From IMG/VR virus record IMGVR_UViG_3300032167_000096, positions 1 through 64,000 of that record: a stretch of DNA of 64,000 nt. One strand, given 5' to 3'. This document shows positions 9,578 to 18,381 of the stretch, piece after piece. The notes below the pieces were generated by a model that was given only the letters and a program-made list of their open reading frames with translations, searched no databases and had not been told where the DNA came from. Made by a program: the position numbers and the translations under genes. This DNA is from an uncultured virus (IMG/VR IMGVR_UViG_3300032167_000096) (taxonomy: Duplodnaviria > Heunggongvirae > Uroviricota > Caudoviricetes). The first letter of the stretch is position 1; the number at the start of each line of letters is the position of its first letter.

Positions 9578-10048
9578 TTATTCTCCTTGAAGTCTAAATT
9601 CTCCGGCTATATACATCTTTTCGATATTATGGGCCGGTCTAAGTTCACGTTGCGTCAAATCTTGAATAAGCCTCCATTCACCAGAAGACAGCTTAATAAG
9701 AACTTGATACATTTTTGATTCTTCATTCCATGTAAATAAAGGATTAAGAGCAGCAAGATAATTCGTATAAATTATGAAATATTTACTTCTATTTCCTTTA
9801 GATGCAATACGAGCATTTTCAAGAACACCTTCACAATAACTAAATCCCATAGAGGCATCTAGTTTAATAATATCGCTAGGCGTTTCGAAATCAAGAGGAC
9901 CATCCTCAAAGTAAATTATAATCCCAGGTCTCGTCTTATCAATAGCAGTTTTAGGAACCCTATTTTGGTTAATATGGCGAGCTCTAAGAATCGCTTTAAG
10001 ATTATTTGTCATATGCCAAATGCTCAACCAGTCATAAGCATTACACAC
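9578..10048 (-). CDS. Hypothetical protein
   Basis: ORF in operon; C-terminal IQDLTQRELRPAHNIEKMYIAGEF looks like a conserved phage motif; exact start uncertain. Confidence 0.6.
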   Translation of the reverse strand: MCNAYDWLSIWHMTNNLKAILRARHINQNRVPKTAIDKTRPGIIIYFEDGPLDFETPSDIIKLDASMGFSYCEGVLENARIASKGNRSKYFIIYTNYLAALNPLFTWNEESKMYQVLIKLSSGEWRLIQDLTQRELRPAHNIEKMYIAGEFRLQGE

Positions 10049-10422
10049 TCAATAATCATAATAAAGAATGCATGATTAATTTCTGCTCTACTGGTTAGAA
10101 TAATAGCAGAAAGAGCAAGCAAAAGTGTAATAGGGATATATGAGGTAATACTAGGTTTAAACACCTCAATAAGTACATCTCTAATATCATTTTCATACAA
10201 CCGAGGCTTCTGCTCAATTTTATGCAAGTGTATATAGTTTATAAGGTTTGTAATTACCCAAACACAACCAGGAATTATATTACACAAATAAGCACAAGCA
10301 ATATACCAATCTCCCCCATAAAATCTTGTAATCAGACAAGAGATAATGAATATTGCACTTGATATAATTGTAAGGTAACGGGCAATCTTCTTTTCTTTAG
10401 ACTTATTAATAATCATTTCCAA
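10024..10422 (-). CDS. Hypothetical membrane protein
   Basis: Three to four hydrophobic segments. Confidence 0.6.
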   Translation of the reverse strand: MEMIINKSKEKKIARYLTIISSAIFIISCLITRFYGGDWYIACAYLCNIIPGCVWVITNLINYIHLHKIEQKPRLYENDIRDVLIEVFKPSITSYIPITLLLALSAIILTSRAEINHAFFIMIIECVMLMTG

Positions 10423-10907
10423 TAAACTCCTTTTGATTTATATTCTTTTATGATATCCTCTAGATCAAAATACTTATTAGCTAATTTCATATTTATAAAA
10501 ATATGTATCGATATTAAACTTACAATAAGTATCTGAGGCCATATCATATTTGGATTTTGTAGAAATAATATAAATGTGATGATAGATATATGAATAATCG
10601 CAGAAATTACGAAAATCATTCCAAAGAAATCGTAATTATCATCCACAATAGAAATTCGAATATTATTGGCCACACCATCGAATGGCCGTAATTTAGAAAT
10701 TCTATTTGAAAATATAAGAAATATTAATCCTTTTTGAATAACAGATGCAGACTCTGTTAATACTATAGCCATAATAATATATGGTATAGGTAGAGTGCAA
10801 AAATCAAACCACATTGATACTACTAGTATTCCAACTAGAATTATCAATGTTAATATGATAGGAATTTTGCTTAATTGAAATTTTGTTTTGGATGTGGTAA
10901 ATTTCAT
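10413..10907 (-). CDS. Hypothetical membrane protein (about 4 TM)
   Basis: Four hydrophobic segments; GAGGT RBS; early motif at 10972-10981. Confidence 0.65.
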   Translation of the reverse strand: MKFTTSKTKFQLSKIPIILTLIILVGILVVSMWFDFCTLPIPYIIMAIVLTESASVIQKGLIFLIFSNRISKLRPFDGVANNIRISIVDDNYDFFGMIFVISAIIHISIITFILFLQNPNMIWPQILIVSLISIHIFINMKLANKYFDLEDIIKEYKSKGVYWK

Positions 10908-11007
10908 TATTTAACACCTCTTTCTTATTTTTTAGTTGAAGTTATTGTACAACTTCACAGCTTTCTATATTTATATTATATGCTTAAAATAATCATCAAA
11001 AAAAAAT

Positions 11008-11036
11008 AAAGGAAGAGATTAAAATCTCTTCCTTTA
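11008..11036 (-). terminator. Terminator downstream of tRNA
   Basis: AAAGGAAGAGATT/AATCTCTTCCTTT stem with A run on + strand (U tail on - strand). Confidence 0.75.
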
Positions 11037-11039
11037 TGC

Positions 11040-11116
11040 TGGTGGGCCGTGTGAGGCACGATCTCACGGTCTTCTGATTATGAGTCAGGTGCTTTAACCA
11101 TCTAAGCTAACGGCCC
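11040..11116 (-). tRNA. tRNA with CAU anticodon, probably Ile2 (lysidine type) rather than Met
   Basis: GGGCCGT/ACGGCCC acceptor, GCTT/AAGC D-stem, CTGA-CTCATAA-TCAG anticodon arm, GTGAG/CTCAC T-stem, encoded ACCA; C4:G69 and C5:G68 as in TilS substrates. Confidence 0.9.
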
Positions 11117-11177
11117 ATAATAAATAGTTATGCATAATATAAAAGTTAAGAGGGAGGATATTCCTCCCTCTGTTTTC

Positions 11178-11663
11178 TTAGATCTTGATTTCAGGATCTG
11201 TTTCAGAATCATTAAAGACTGTAAGAACTACAGTATCATTCGGCTCTGTATCCTGTGACATTGATAGAATAATTCTATCACCGATATAATCTTGATTTCC
11301 AACAAGCTGGTTATGAATCTTATTACCAATTCGTAATTTTTCTTGAGAATTAGGAACTCTGATGCATACTTCTCTCTTCACATCACTACAAAGCTTTTTC
11401 TCATAAGACTTGCGAATTGAATCGAGAAGATCGCACATTTCAAGAACTCCCATATCGGGCTTAGGCTCTTCAATAATAGAATCTTTATTAGTGTCTTTCT
11501 CAACCCCATAAGCTTCAAAAACATAATCACTAATTTTGATTCTGTCAGCAGATTCCATTCCGAAAAGCTTAAGAATTGTTTTTCATTCTTCAGGAGACCA
11601 ATCCTCAGGTTCAAGAATCAACGGTTCTACAGGTTCTTCTTTTAAATATCTTGCATTACTCAT
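11178..11663 (-). pseudogene. Early hypothetical gene interrupted by one in-frame TGA (codon 27)
   Basis: GGAGGAG RBS and ATG at 11663 read MSNARYLKEEPVEPLILEPEDWSPEE*KTILKLFG, in frame into the listed ORF 11178..11558. Confidence 0.6.
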
Positions 11664-11747
11664 AGTAACACTCCTCCTTCTGTATTATTACTATTATAAT
11701 ATATGCTTATAAAAAATAAAAGGGAATTCCCTTTTATTTTTTTTTCA

Positions 11748-12383
11748 TTAATAGTATTCTCTGAGTAGGCATCTATTATTTAGCAATTTAAGATTACTAC
11801 CTATCAAAGAAACAGCAGTAAATCGATAAATACTATTTGGATATAAATAAGTAATCTGTGCCAATCTCCAGTTTTTATCAAAAGTTATTTCAAGTTCTGA
11901 ACAAGTTTCTGACAATGAAGCGATATTTTCTAAAAGCTCTTCATTATCAATATAAATAGCTTTAAAGAACTTATCAATCCAAGATATATCCGGAATATAA
12001 CGATTTCGATTATTTTCTGATATGATATGTATAGTGTAATGATTTTTTGTAGAAGACTGCTCGATATGATGTTTTATTGGAATGATAAATTCGATATCCT
12101 CTAAAATATCAAATTTTATCCCATATACGAAAAGCCCAGAATTTAACTTTATAAATCTTTTATTTATTATTTGCCTTCGTTCATTTAATGGCATTGGAAT
12201 ATAGCTGCAAGTTTCGGGAATAGAAAACCTATGTTCTTGATCATTGGATTTATTATATAAAATTCCATCTATATTTTTATTTGGATATTTTTCATATTGA
12301 AAAATATCTTTTAAGCGTCGAATTAATGTAGCAGTACTAACTCCATACTTTTTAGCTGCTTCATTTACTGTAAGATATTTCAT
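11748..12383 (-). CDS. Protein with N-terminal excisionase/MerR-like HTH
   Basis: MKYLTVNEAAKKYGVSTATLIRRLK; early motif at 12440-12449. Confidence 0.6.
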   Translation of the reverse strand: MKYLTVNEAAKKYGVSTATLIRRLKDIFQYEKYPNKNIDGILYNKSNDQEHRFSIPETCSYIPMPLNERRQIINKRFIKLNSGLFVYGIKFDILEDIEFIIPIKHHIEQSSTKNHYTIHIISENNRNRYIPDISWIDKFFKAIYIDNEELLENIASLSETCSELEITFDKNWRLAQITYLYPNSIYRFTAVSLIGSNLKLLNNRCLLREYY

Positions 12384-12525
12384 TTTATTTCTCCTTTTCT
12401 AGTAGCAACTTTAATGTGGTTTATTTTGCTACTCATAATTATATTATATATCTATTAATATACACCTTTACAAAAAAAAATAAAAGAGACTAGCTTCATT
12501 ATTAGAAGCTAGTCTCTTTAATAAT

Positions 12526-14726
12526 TTAGATCAGACTAATATACATCAAGATTTCTTCACAAATCAATTCTGGAATAATCGAGATAGGCTGTCCATCTAA
12601 ACACTCATCCTCAGGGTCGATAATTTCAAATTCAGAACTAAGAATGATAGCAATCAAACTAAGGATATGCTTTTCAATCTTATCATTACGATATTTGTCT
12701 TTTATCTTAGCCCATAGAGGAGAGGACTCAAGTTTAGTCAGTTCTTTTTTATTGACATTCTTGCGAGTAGCCAATCTTGTAACTTTAGAACTGGCAATAT
12801 AAGGCAGCAGAACCATTCCAGAAGCTTCTAAAATACGTTTTGCTGCAATAATAAGCACAATATAATCATCCAAGTTAATAGCATTAATAGTATTCGTATC
12901 TCCAAAGTACTTGAAAAATAAATTAAATACTAAATCTCTCTGGAATGAGTTTACTGTACATTTAGCACCATTAGAAAGACGATGCTTATAGAATTGAATT
13001 TCTTCTTCATCGAAAGGACCATACATCATGCGAATCTGATTCATTGCATCATCACTTGCTGTTTGATTTAATAAAAGCAACGATTCATCGCTCTTTTGCA
13101 AAAAGCTTTCAAATTTATCAAACTCAGAATTAAGATCCTCATCTCTTCTAGACGAAGAAAGACTTACAAATGAATATTCATACTCTATATCTAAAATCTG
13201 GAAACCTGTATTACGCAAAATACTTTTATAGTTAAGATGCACAAGGTTTCCATCATAACGATACTTAGGCATAATGTTGATTAATACATTCTGCACAGAC
13301 TGCAGAGTGTGAATTGTAGTATTAATACCTCTAATATCTTGCATATTCCAAATACCTTGATTTCTTTTTGCAGTTCTCAAGACATTTGAAATAGCTGTTT
13401 CATATAACTTACTATAGATATCAATACCATATTGCTGATTATATTGATTGATCAATATATCATAAACGCTAAGAATAAACTCTGTAGAATTAGTAATTCT
13501 ACGGGCATACATGAAATGACACATAAGTGGAATCATACAATTCATTATGGCAGATACTTTCATCATTATCTGGCCATGCCTCGTAACTTCATACAACATC
13601 GCAAGTTGTACAGTTGTCATCAACTTCTCCAAGATTTGCTTAGAGACGAGACTATATCTTCACCCTCAGCACTGCCTGTTAGGGCGCTCCCCATTTCGGA
13701 ACTCAGCTTGAGCCCTACTCTACTCACTACAATATAAGTTGCTAGGTGGCTACTTATATTATGTTTTCGTTAGTCGTTGAACCTTCTTGCGCGCCTTTGC
13801 CTGGTCTTATGTAAACGTCCATAAAAATTTGCTAGGGATTGATGGGGTTGTGCGAAAATAAGTAATACGTGTTTTTTGTTTGCTAGTGGAAAATAAATCG
13901 TTTTAAAAGTTTCTGGTGCGGATAGTGGGACTTGAACCCACACGAATAAACTCATAGCATCCTAAGTGCTACGTGTCTTCCAATTCCACCATATCCGCTT
14001 AAATACCACATCAAAAACACATCTTCTTTTTTTATAGGCTGACGCGGTGCTTGGCTGCTGGTTATTCATTGTCAATAATGGTTAGACTTTCATCATACAT
14101 CATCTCATCACTCTTTTCTAGATTTCTCTTCTATGGGAGCTTGACTATTTATGCCTTCTCCGGTAGCAGATGAGCTTTAGGATTTCCCAGCAATTAAAGG
14201 AGTTTCTCCTGCTATATTTCTATATCAGGGTGACTGACTCTCAATCACTATATTGCAGATTCGGATTCTTTAAATTCTTATACGTCAAATTAAGAGAGTA
14301 GTTATCTCTATTCATAAACCCAATCTTAAGAGAAATGGATCCATTCATAATATAACGTGTAAGATCATAAAGAAATGCATCTCTATTATATGCCGGCTCT
14401 ACATCAATAAGATATTTAAGACGGCAATATATCATAGGAAGTTCATGTTCTTTATCATAGAACTTCTCAAAATAGTTTAGGTACTGAACTGTATGAGCTC
14501 GCATTTCAGGGTTATTGTATGATCTTTTAGCACTCATAATGAATGCATCAAGTTGTGCATTTGGCTCCATACCATAAAAAGAAGATACATCGAGCATAAT
14601 TGCCCCTCGGATGGTCTTAAAGACTTCATCCTCAGGACACTTCGGTTCCCATGTATCAATAGGTTCAAACGGTATGGGGTCATGGAACTCCATAGGTTCC
14701 AAAAGTTCATGTTGTTGCGTACTCAT
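12526..14726 (-). CDS. Intron-split sigma-like promoter-specificity subunit of the non-virion RNA polymerase (AR9 gp226 / phiKZ gp68-like); exon1 14726-14244, exon2 13581-12526; 512 aa spliced
   Basis: Removing the intron joins ...NPNLQYSD|RHGQIMMKVSAIMNCMIPL... in frame. The size, helical character and early promoter (14758-14767) fit the gp226/gp68 class. The split is directly supported; the family call is from recall. Confidence 0.6.
13582..14243 (-). ncRNA. Group I self-splicing intron without an ORF, carrying a tRNA
   Basis: P1 GUGAU|UGA-GAG-UCA-GUCAC with U.G at the 5' splice site; P AAUUGCUGGGAA, Q AACCAGCAGC, R GGUUCAACGACUA, S AAGAUAUAGUC; terminal G (GUUACG) restores the frame. Confidence 0.93.
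13914..13998 (-). tRNA. tRNA-Leu(UAG), nested in the P6 region of the group I intron
   Basis: GCGGATA/TATCCGC acceptor, TGGTGGAATTGGAAGACAC D-arm, TAGCA-CTTAGGA-TGCTA anticodon arm, long variable arm, GTGGG-TTCAAGT-CCCAC T-arm, encoded ACCA; 85 nt. Confidence 0.95.
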
Positions 14727-14757
14727 AGTTAGTTACCTCCCCAAATTGTTTCATATC

Positions 14758-14767
14758 TATATTATAT
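14758..14767 (-). promoter_or_regulatory. Early-type promoter motif ATATA(A/T/C)TATA (representative copy)
   Basis: ATATAATATA about 30 nt upstream of the sigma-like gene; recurs before non-structural operons; resembles the AT-rich AR9/phiKZ early consensus. Confidence 0.6.
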
Positions 14768-14770
14768 ATT

Positions 14771-15556
14771 TCATTTCTTGTTTACCCTTTTAACAGTTTT
14801 GGCTCGTGATACGGTTTTAGCCATTGGAGAAGTCCTCACGGAAGGAGCAGAACCGATAGTTTTATTTAAAGCAGATAGCGCATTTCTATGCTCTTCATTT
14901 TTTGTTTTTGCTTCTTCTCTCTTCTCTTTAGCTCTTTCTTTTGCCTCCTTTTCACCAAGCTCTTGCCTTAGAGCAATCTTATCATCTGTATGCATAACTT
15001 TAGAAGCTAGCTTACCAGGAGTATATTCTACTCCATATGATTCATACATTGCCTTAGAAAACAAATTCTTAGTTTTCATAAAAAGATAAGCAAAATAGAG
15101 GATCTTGCTATAGCCAGGAACTTCATATGGGTTCTTCTCTTTAGGATCTTTCTTGAGAGCAAGTTTGGAAGACTTGGATTTCAAGTCTTCAATAAATAAA
15201 CCATTCTTCAAAAATACGCGTAAGTATGTAAATACAAATGCTGGATCATTTGAAAAGAACTTAACAAAGTAGTCCTGTAGGCTGGGTGACGTCCTCTTAG
15301 CCGCATCATTTGTGTAAAATAGAATTACAGCATCATAGTAGAACTTCTTTACAGTCTCAGAAGGTACCTTAATGTGTGCTACATAAAAATCCTTCTTTTT
15401 ATCTACATACAAAGTGTACTCTATTTTACCAGCCTCTCTTAGAAATACTTTATCAAACTTTTCTGTATAAAGTTGCTTATACATATCTCTTTGAGAAAAT
15501 ACAGCATTATGTTTTCCCATAGGATTATCTATGTATTGTTGGAAAGTCATATCCAT
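14771..15556 (-). CDS. Hypothetical protein, basic C-terminus
   Basis: 261-aa ORF with RBS and early motif at 15677-15686; FFSNDPAFVFTY motif. Confidence 0.65.
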   Translation of the reverse strand: MDMTFQQYIDNPMGKHNAVFSQRDMYKQLYTEKFDKVFLREAGKIEYTLYVDKKKDFYVAHIKVPSETVKKFYYDAVILFYTNDAAKRTSPSLQDYFVKFFSNDPAFVFTYLRVFLKNGLFIEDLKSKSSKLALKKDPKEKNPYEVPGYSKILYFAYLFMKTKNLFSKAMYESYGVEYTPGKLASKVMHTDDKIALRQELGEKEAKERAKEKREEAKTKNEEHRNALSALNKTIGSAPSVRTSPMAKTVSRAKTVKRVNKK

Positions 15557-15710
15557 ATTTAATTCACCACCTTTAAAAGGACTTAATGTATTGTAAAATA
15601 AATGTTAAAAATGTAAAAAGTTAATGTAAAAGTTTACAATTTAACACAAATCAAGCACTTTAGAGCTTGATACAAATATAGTATATAGTTAAATTAGAAA
15701 GAGGAGAACC

Positions 15711-16139
15711 TTAATGGTTCTCCTCTTCTTTTATAAGAAATATTTCCATTACAACCGGAATAGGACGATGTATCTCTTCTCCAGTCTCTGGAATAATACC
15801 ATTTTCAATATAGTATCCATATTGCATATTAAAACAAACACGCTGAGTTCCATTATAGATATTCTCTATGTCATTATCATTTGGAAATGGATGTACCTTG
15901 AAAGCAACACTATCTACTTTGGTTTCTAGAAGTGGGCTTTCTCTACCTTGTTTTTCATAAATATCAGCAAATAATGATGCTGGGGTTATGCAGTAAGAAC
16001 GGAATTCTTTTGGAAATGTATCATTAGCTGTATTAATAAAACCATATACAGTTCCATTGTCTTTATGTTTATCATCTGGGCATAGAGCAAATAATAGTTG
16101 GACTAGTGTAATTTTTTCGACCATTATATTATCCTCCAT
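15711..16139 (-). CDS. Hypothetical protein (paralog of 16139..16834)
   Basis: INTANDTFPKEFR...DIYEKQGRESPLLETKVDSV aligns with the neighbouring gene. Confidence 0.6.
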   Translation of the reverse strand: MEDNIMVEKITLVQLLFALCPDDKHKDNGTVYGFINTANDTFPKEFRSYCITPASLFADIYEKQGRESPLLETKVDSVAFKVHPFPNDNDIENIYNGTQRVCFNMQYGYYIENGIIPETGEEIHRPIPVVMEIFLIKEEENH

Positions 16140-16834
16140 TAATAATAAATAAAGTATAGTGGATTACTATCATCTGTCGATGTTGCTTTTACTATATGAA
16201 ATATAAAACGCTCCAAATCAGATTCAAATCTTTCTTCTAAAGATTTTATAGAATCTAAGATATGAATTGGCGCATTGACCTTTTGGGCATCTATAATAAC
16301 AAATTTAGCATTAGTTTCATGCGCGTCATTGATATAATCAATAAATTCATATATACGAATTTTGGAAAATAGAGGGGAGGCCTCTTCCTTAATTCTGGAG
16401 GCAAAATTATTATTTTTAAGACGAATCTCATAGACCGTATCTAATTTTTCAAATTCGACTTTTGTTGATGTATAAATTTTACGATATGCAAAACCATCTT
16501 TATCGATAAATATTTTATCGCCATCTATAAAATATTTATTATTAGGATAATCATGAGAAAAAGCTTCTGTGGGAATAACCGATTCGATTTCAGCATTTAA
16601 TATATTTTCATATCCTTTTTTACGAAAGATGTTTTCAATAAATGCTCCATTAGCAATATGAGCACCACCATCAAAACGTAGAGATGAGGGAAATGTCTCA
16701 TTCATAGTAGATAAAATAAGTTCTTTATCATCTTTTTTGTTTTTAATAAAATTTCCACTTAATCGAGAAAATATTTTTAGATATTCAGAAAGTGTAATGC
16801 TCGATTTATATGTAAGCATATAAGTTACCTCCAT
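16139..16834 (-). CDS. Hypothetical protein (paralog of 15711..16139)
   Basis: LSTMNETFPSSLR...NIFRKKGYENILNAEIESV. Confidence 0.6.
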   Translation of the reverse strand: MEVTYMLTYKSSITLSEYLKIFSRLSGNFIKNKKDDKELILSTMNETFPSSLRFDGGAHIANGAFIENIFRKKGYENILNAEIESVIPTEAFSHDYPNNKYFIDGDKIFIDKDGFAYRKIYTSTKVEFEKLDTVYEIRLKNNNFASRIKEEASPLFSKIRIYEFIDYINDAHETNAKFVIIDAQKVNAPIHILDSIKSLEERFESDLERFIFHIVKATSTDDSNPLYFIYY

Positions 16835-16914
16835 AATTTATCATAGTTTTATTAACTAGTTTTAAATTTTATATAAAACAAAAAAAGAAGAGGGGATGCC
16901 CCTCTTCTTTTAAT

Positions 16915-17568
16915 TTAAATAGCATACTGGTGTGTCATTACCCATGCATCCTCATCAGCCTCAAATTCTGCTATATCATCATAGTTAATACCTTTAGCAG
17001 CCCAATATCTGAGAAGAGCAATTCTTCTTGCAAGAGGCTTAATCATTTCAATAGGCATTTTGAATTCATTGAAATAAACACCAAGATGATAAATATTACT
17101 TAAGATTTCTTTCATAAGATTTTCTTGAGTAATCTCTCTTAAAGGAATAACAGGGCTTGGTGTAAAGTTCTTAACAAATTCGGCTCGTCTTTCTTCAGCC
17201 TTATTCTTTTCTTCAATAAATTTCTTATGCTTATCTAAATCAAAAGCCCAAGAATATTGAGGCCTTTCATGTACATAGCAAGCTTGGAAACCATCATCGG
17301 TAAATGTAATATTTGCCAATGGATGGTCTGAAAATTCAAAAGGAGGAAGCTTTTCTTTCCATTCCTTTTGCATTCTCACAATAGCAAGATACTTTTGATT
17401 AACTTCTTTGATTATAGAAGCAATTGCTTCTCGACGTTTTGCGCAACGCTGATCGATAAGCTTATCAGTATCTTTAATAAGATCTTGAATGCAAACTAAA
17501 AACTCTTGTTCAAGTTCTTCATTAGTTTTACATTCAAGGAATTTTGCAAAATAATGTTTTGCTTTCAT
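16915..17568 (-). CDS. Hypothetical protein
   Basis: 217-aa ORF with AGGAG RBS; terminator at 16885-16911. Confidence 0.7.
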   Translation of the reverse strand: MKAKHYFAKFLECKTNEELEQEFLVCIQDLIKDTDKLIDQRCAKRREAIASIIKEVNQKYLAIVRMQKEWKEKLPPFEFSDHPLANITFTDDGFQACYVHERPQYSWAFDLDKHKKFIEEKNKAEERRAEFVKNFTPSPVIPLREITQENLMKEILSNIYHLGVYFNEFKMPIEMIKPLARRIALLRYWAAKGINYDDIAEFEADEDAWVMTHQYAI

Positions 17569-17579
17569 TATCTTTCTCC

Positions 17580-18380
17580 TTATTCAACAAATTTGAACCA
17601 TCCTACAAATGTCGCTTGGAATGGATCTTTTCCGTGCAAATCGAGAAGTTGCTTCGTTCTTATATCCCAATATTCTTTATGAAGAGAACTAAATTCCTGT
17701 TCTACTTCATAATCGAACTCTCCAAAATAATCATTGTCATACAATGCATGGCAGTCATCATAATTAAATTTGGACGGATCTAAGACATCAACTTTTATGC
17801 ATTCAAGCTTCTTAGGACCTTCATAATTATCCTTATCCACAACCAAATACTGATTGTAGTTAGGATTCTTCTTAACTCTCTCAAGAAAATCAAGCTTTTT
17901 GAATATAGTCCATTCCTCGTAACACATTACTGGGACATATCCATAAAGTTTGAGCTCATCTTCAAATGACATATTGAGGAAATAACCACGCTTGAGGGGT
18001 GTTGCATACGGCCATGCTATACCATGATGCTCAAGTGCAAAAGCCACTTCCTCCTGTGTCACTTTTCTAACCGGTTCAACCTTTTCTTTCATTTGCAATA
18101 GACATGGACTATTTTTACTAATGCCAAAATACCATTTTTCTTGTTTTTGGTTAGATGGTTCATAGCCAGCAAGCTCCATTGCATATTTAAACTGATCATG
18201 AGAAATATCCAGACCAGTAGCATAGATAAATAAATTCTTAAGTCCTACACTTGAGATTTCTCGCATAGGGCTTTTACGAGGAATTAAAGCTCTTTGTATC
18301 CAGTATTTTAGCAATAATTGAGATGCAAAGTTTAATTCCTCTTCAGGTTTTAGTTTTATAATTGTTTCTTTAGCTTCCAT
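17580..18380 (-). CDS. Hypothetical protein
   Basis: 266-aa ORF packed in operon. Confidence 0.7.
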   Translation of the reverse strand: MEAKETIIKLKPEEELNFASQLLLKYWIQRALIPRKSPMREISSVGLKNLFIYATGLDISHDQFKYAMELAGYEPSNQKQEKWYFGISKNSPCLLQMKEKVEPVRKVTQEEVAFALEHHGIAWPYATPLKRGYFLNMSFEDELKLYGYVPVMCYEEWTIFKKLDFLERVKKNPNYNQYLVVDKDNYEGPKKLECIKVDVLDPSKFNYDDCHALYDNDYFGEFDYEVEQEFSSLHKEYWDIRTKQLLDLHGKDPFQATFVGWFKFVE

Positions 18381-18381
18381 A

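Noticed and set aside
13582..13632. Listed start MEKLMTTVQLAMLYEVT of ORF 12526..13632
   Set aside because: These codons lie in the intron's 3' (P9) region and lack an RBS; the real coding sequence resumes at 13581.
13770..13955. 61-aa ORF inside the intron as a possible degenerate homing endonuclease
   Set aside because: It overlaps the tRNA and the R element and shows no HNH, GIY-YIG or LAGLIDADG remnants.
13914..13998. tRNA as an integration (att) site of a mobile element
   Set aside because: No duplicated tRNA 3' end and no integrase seen in the window.
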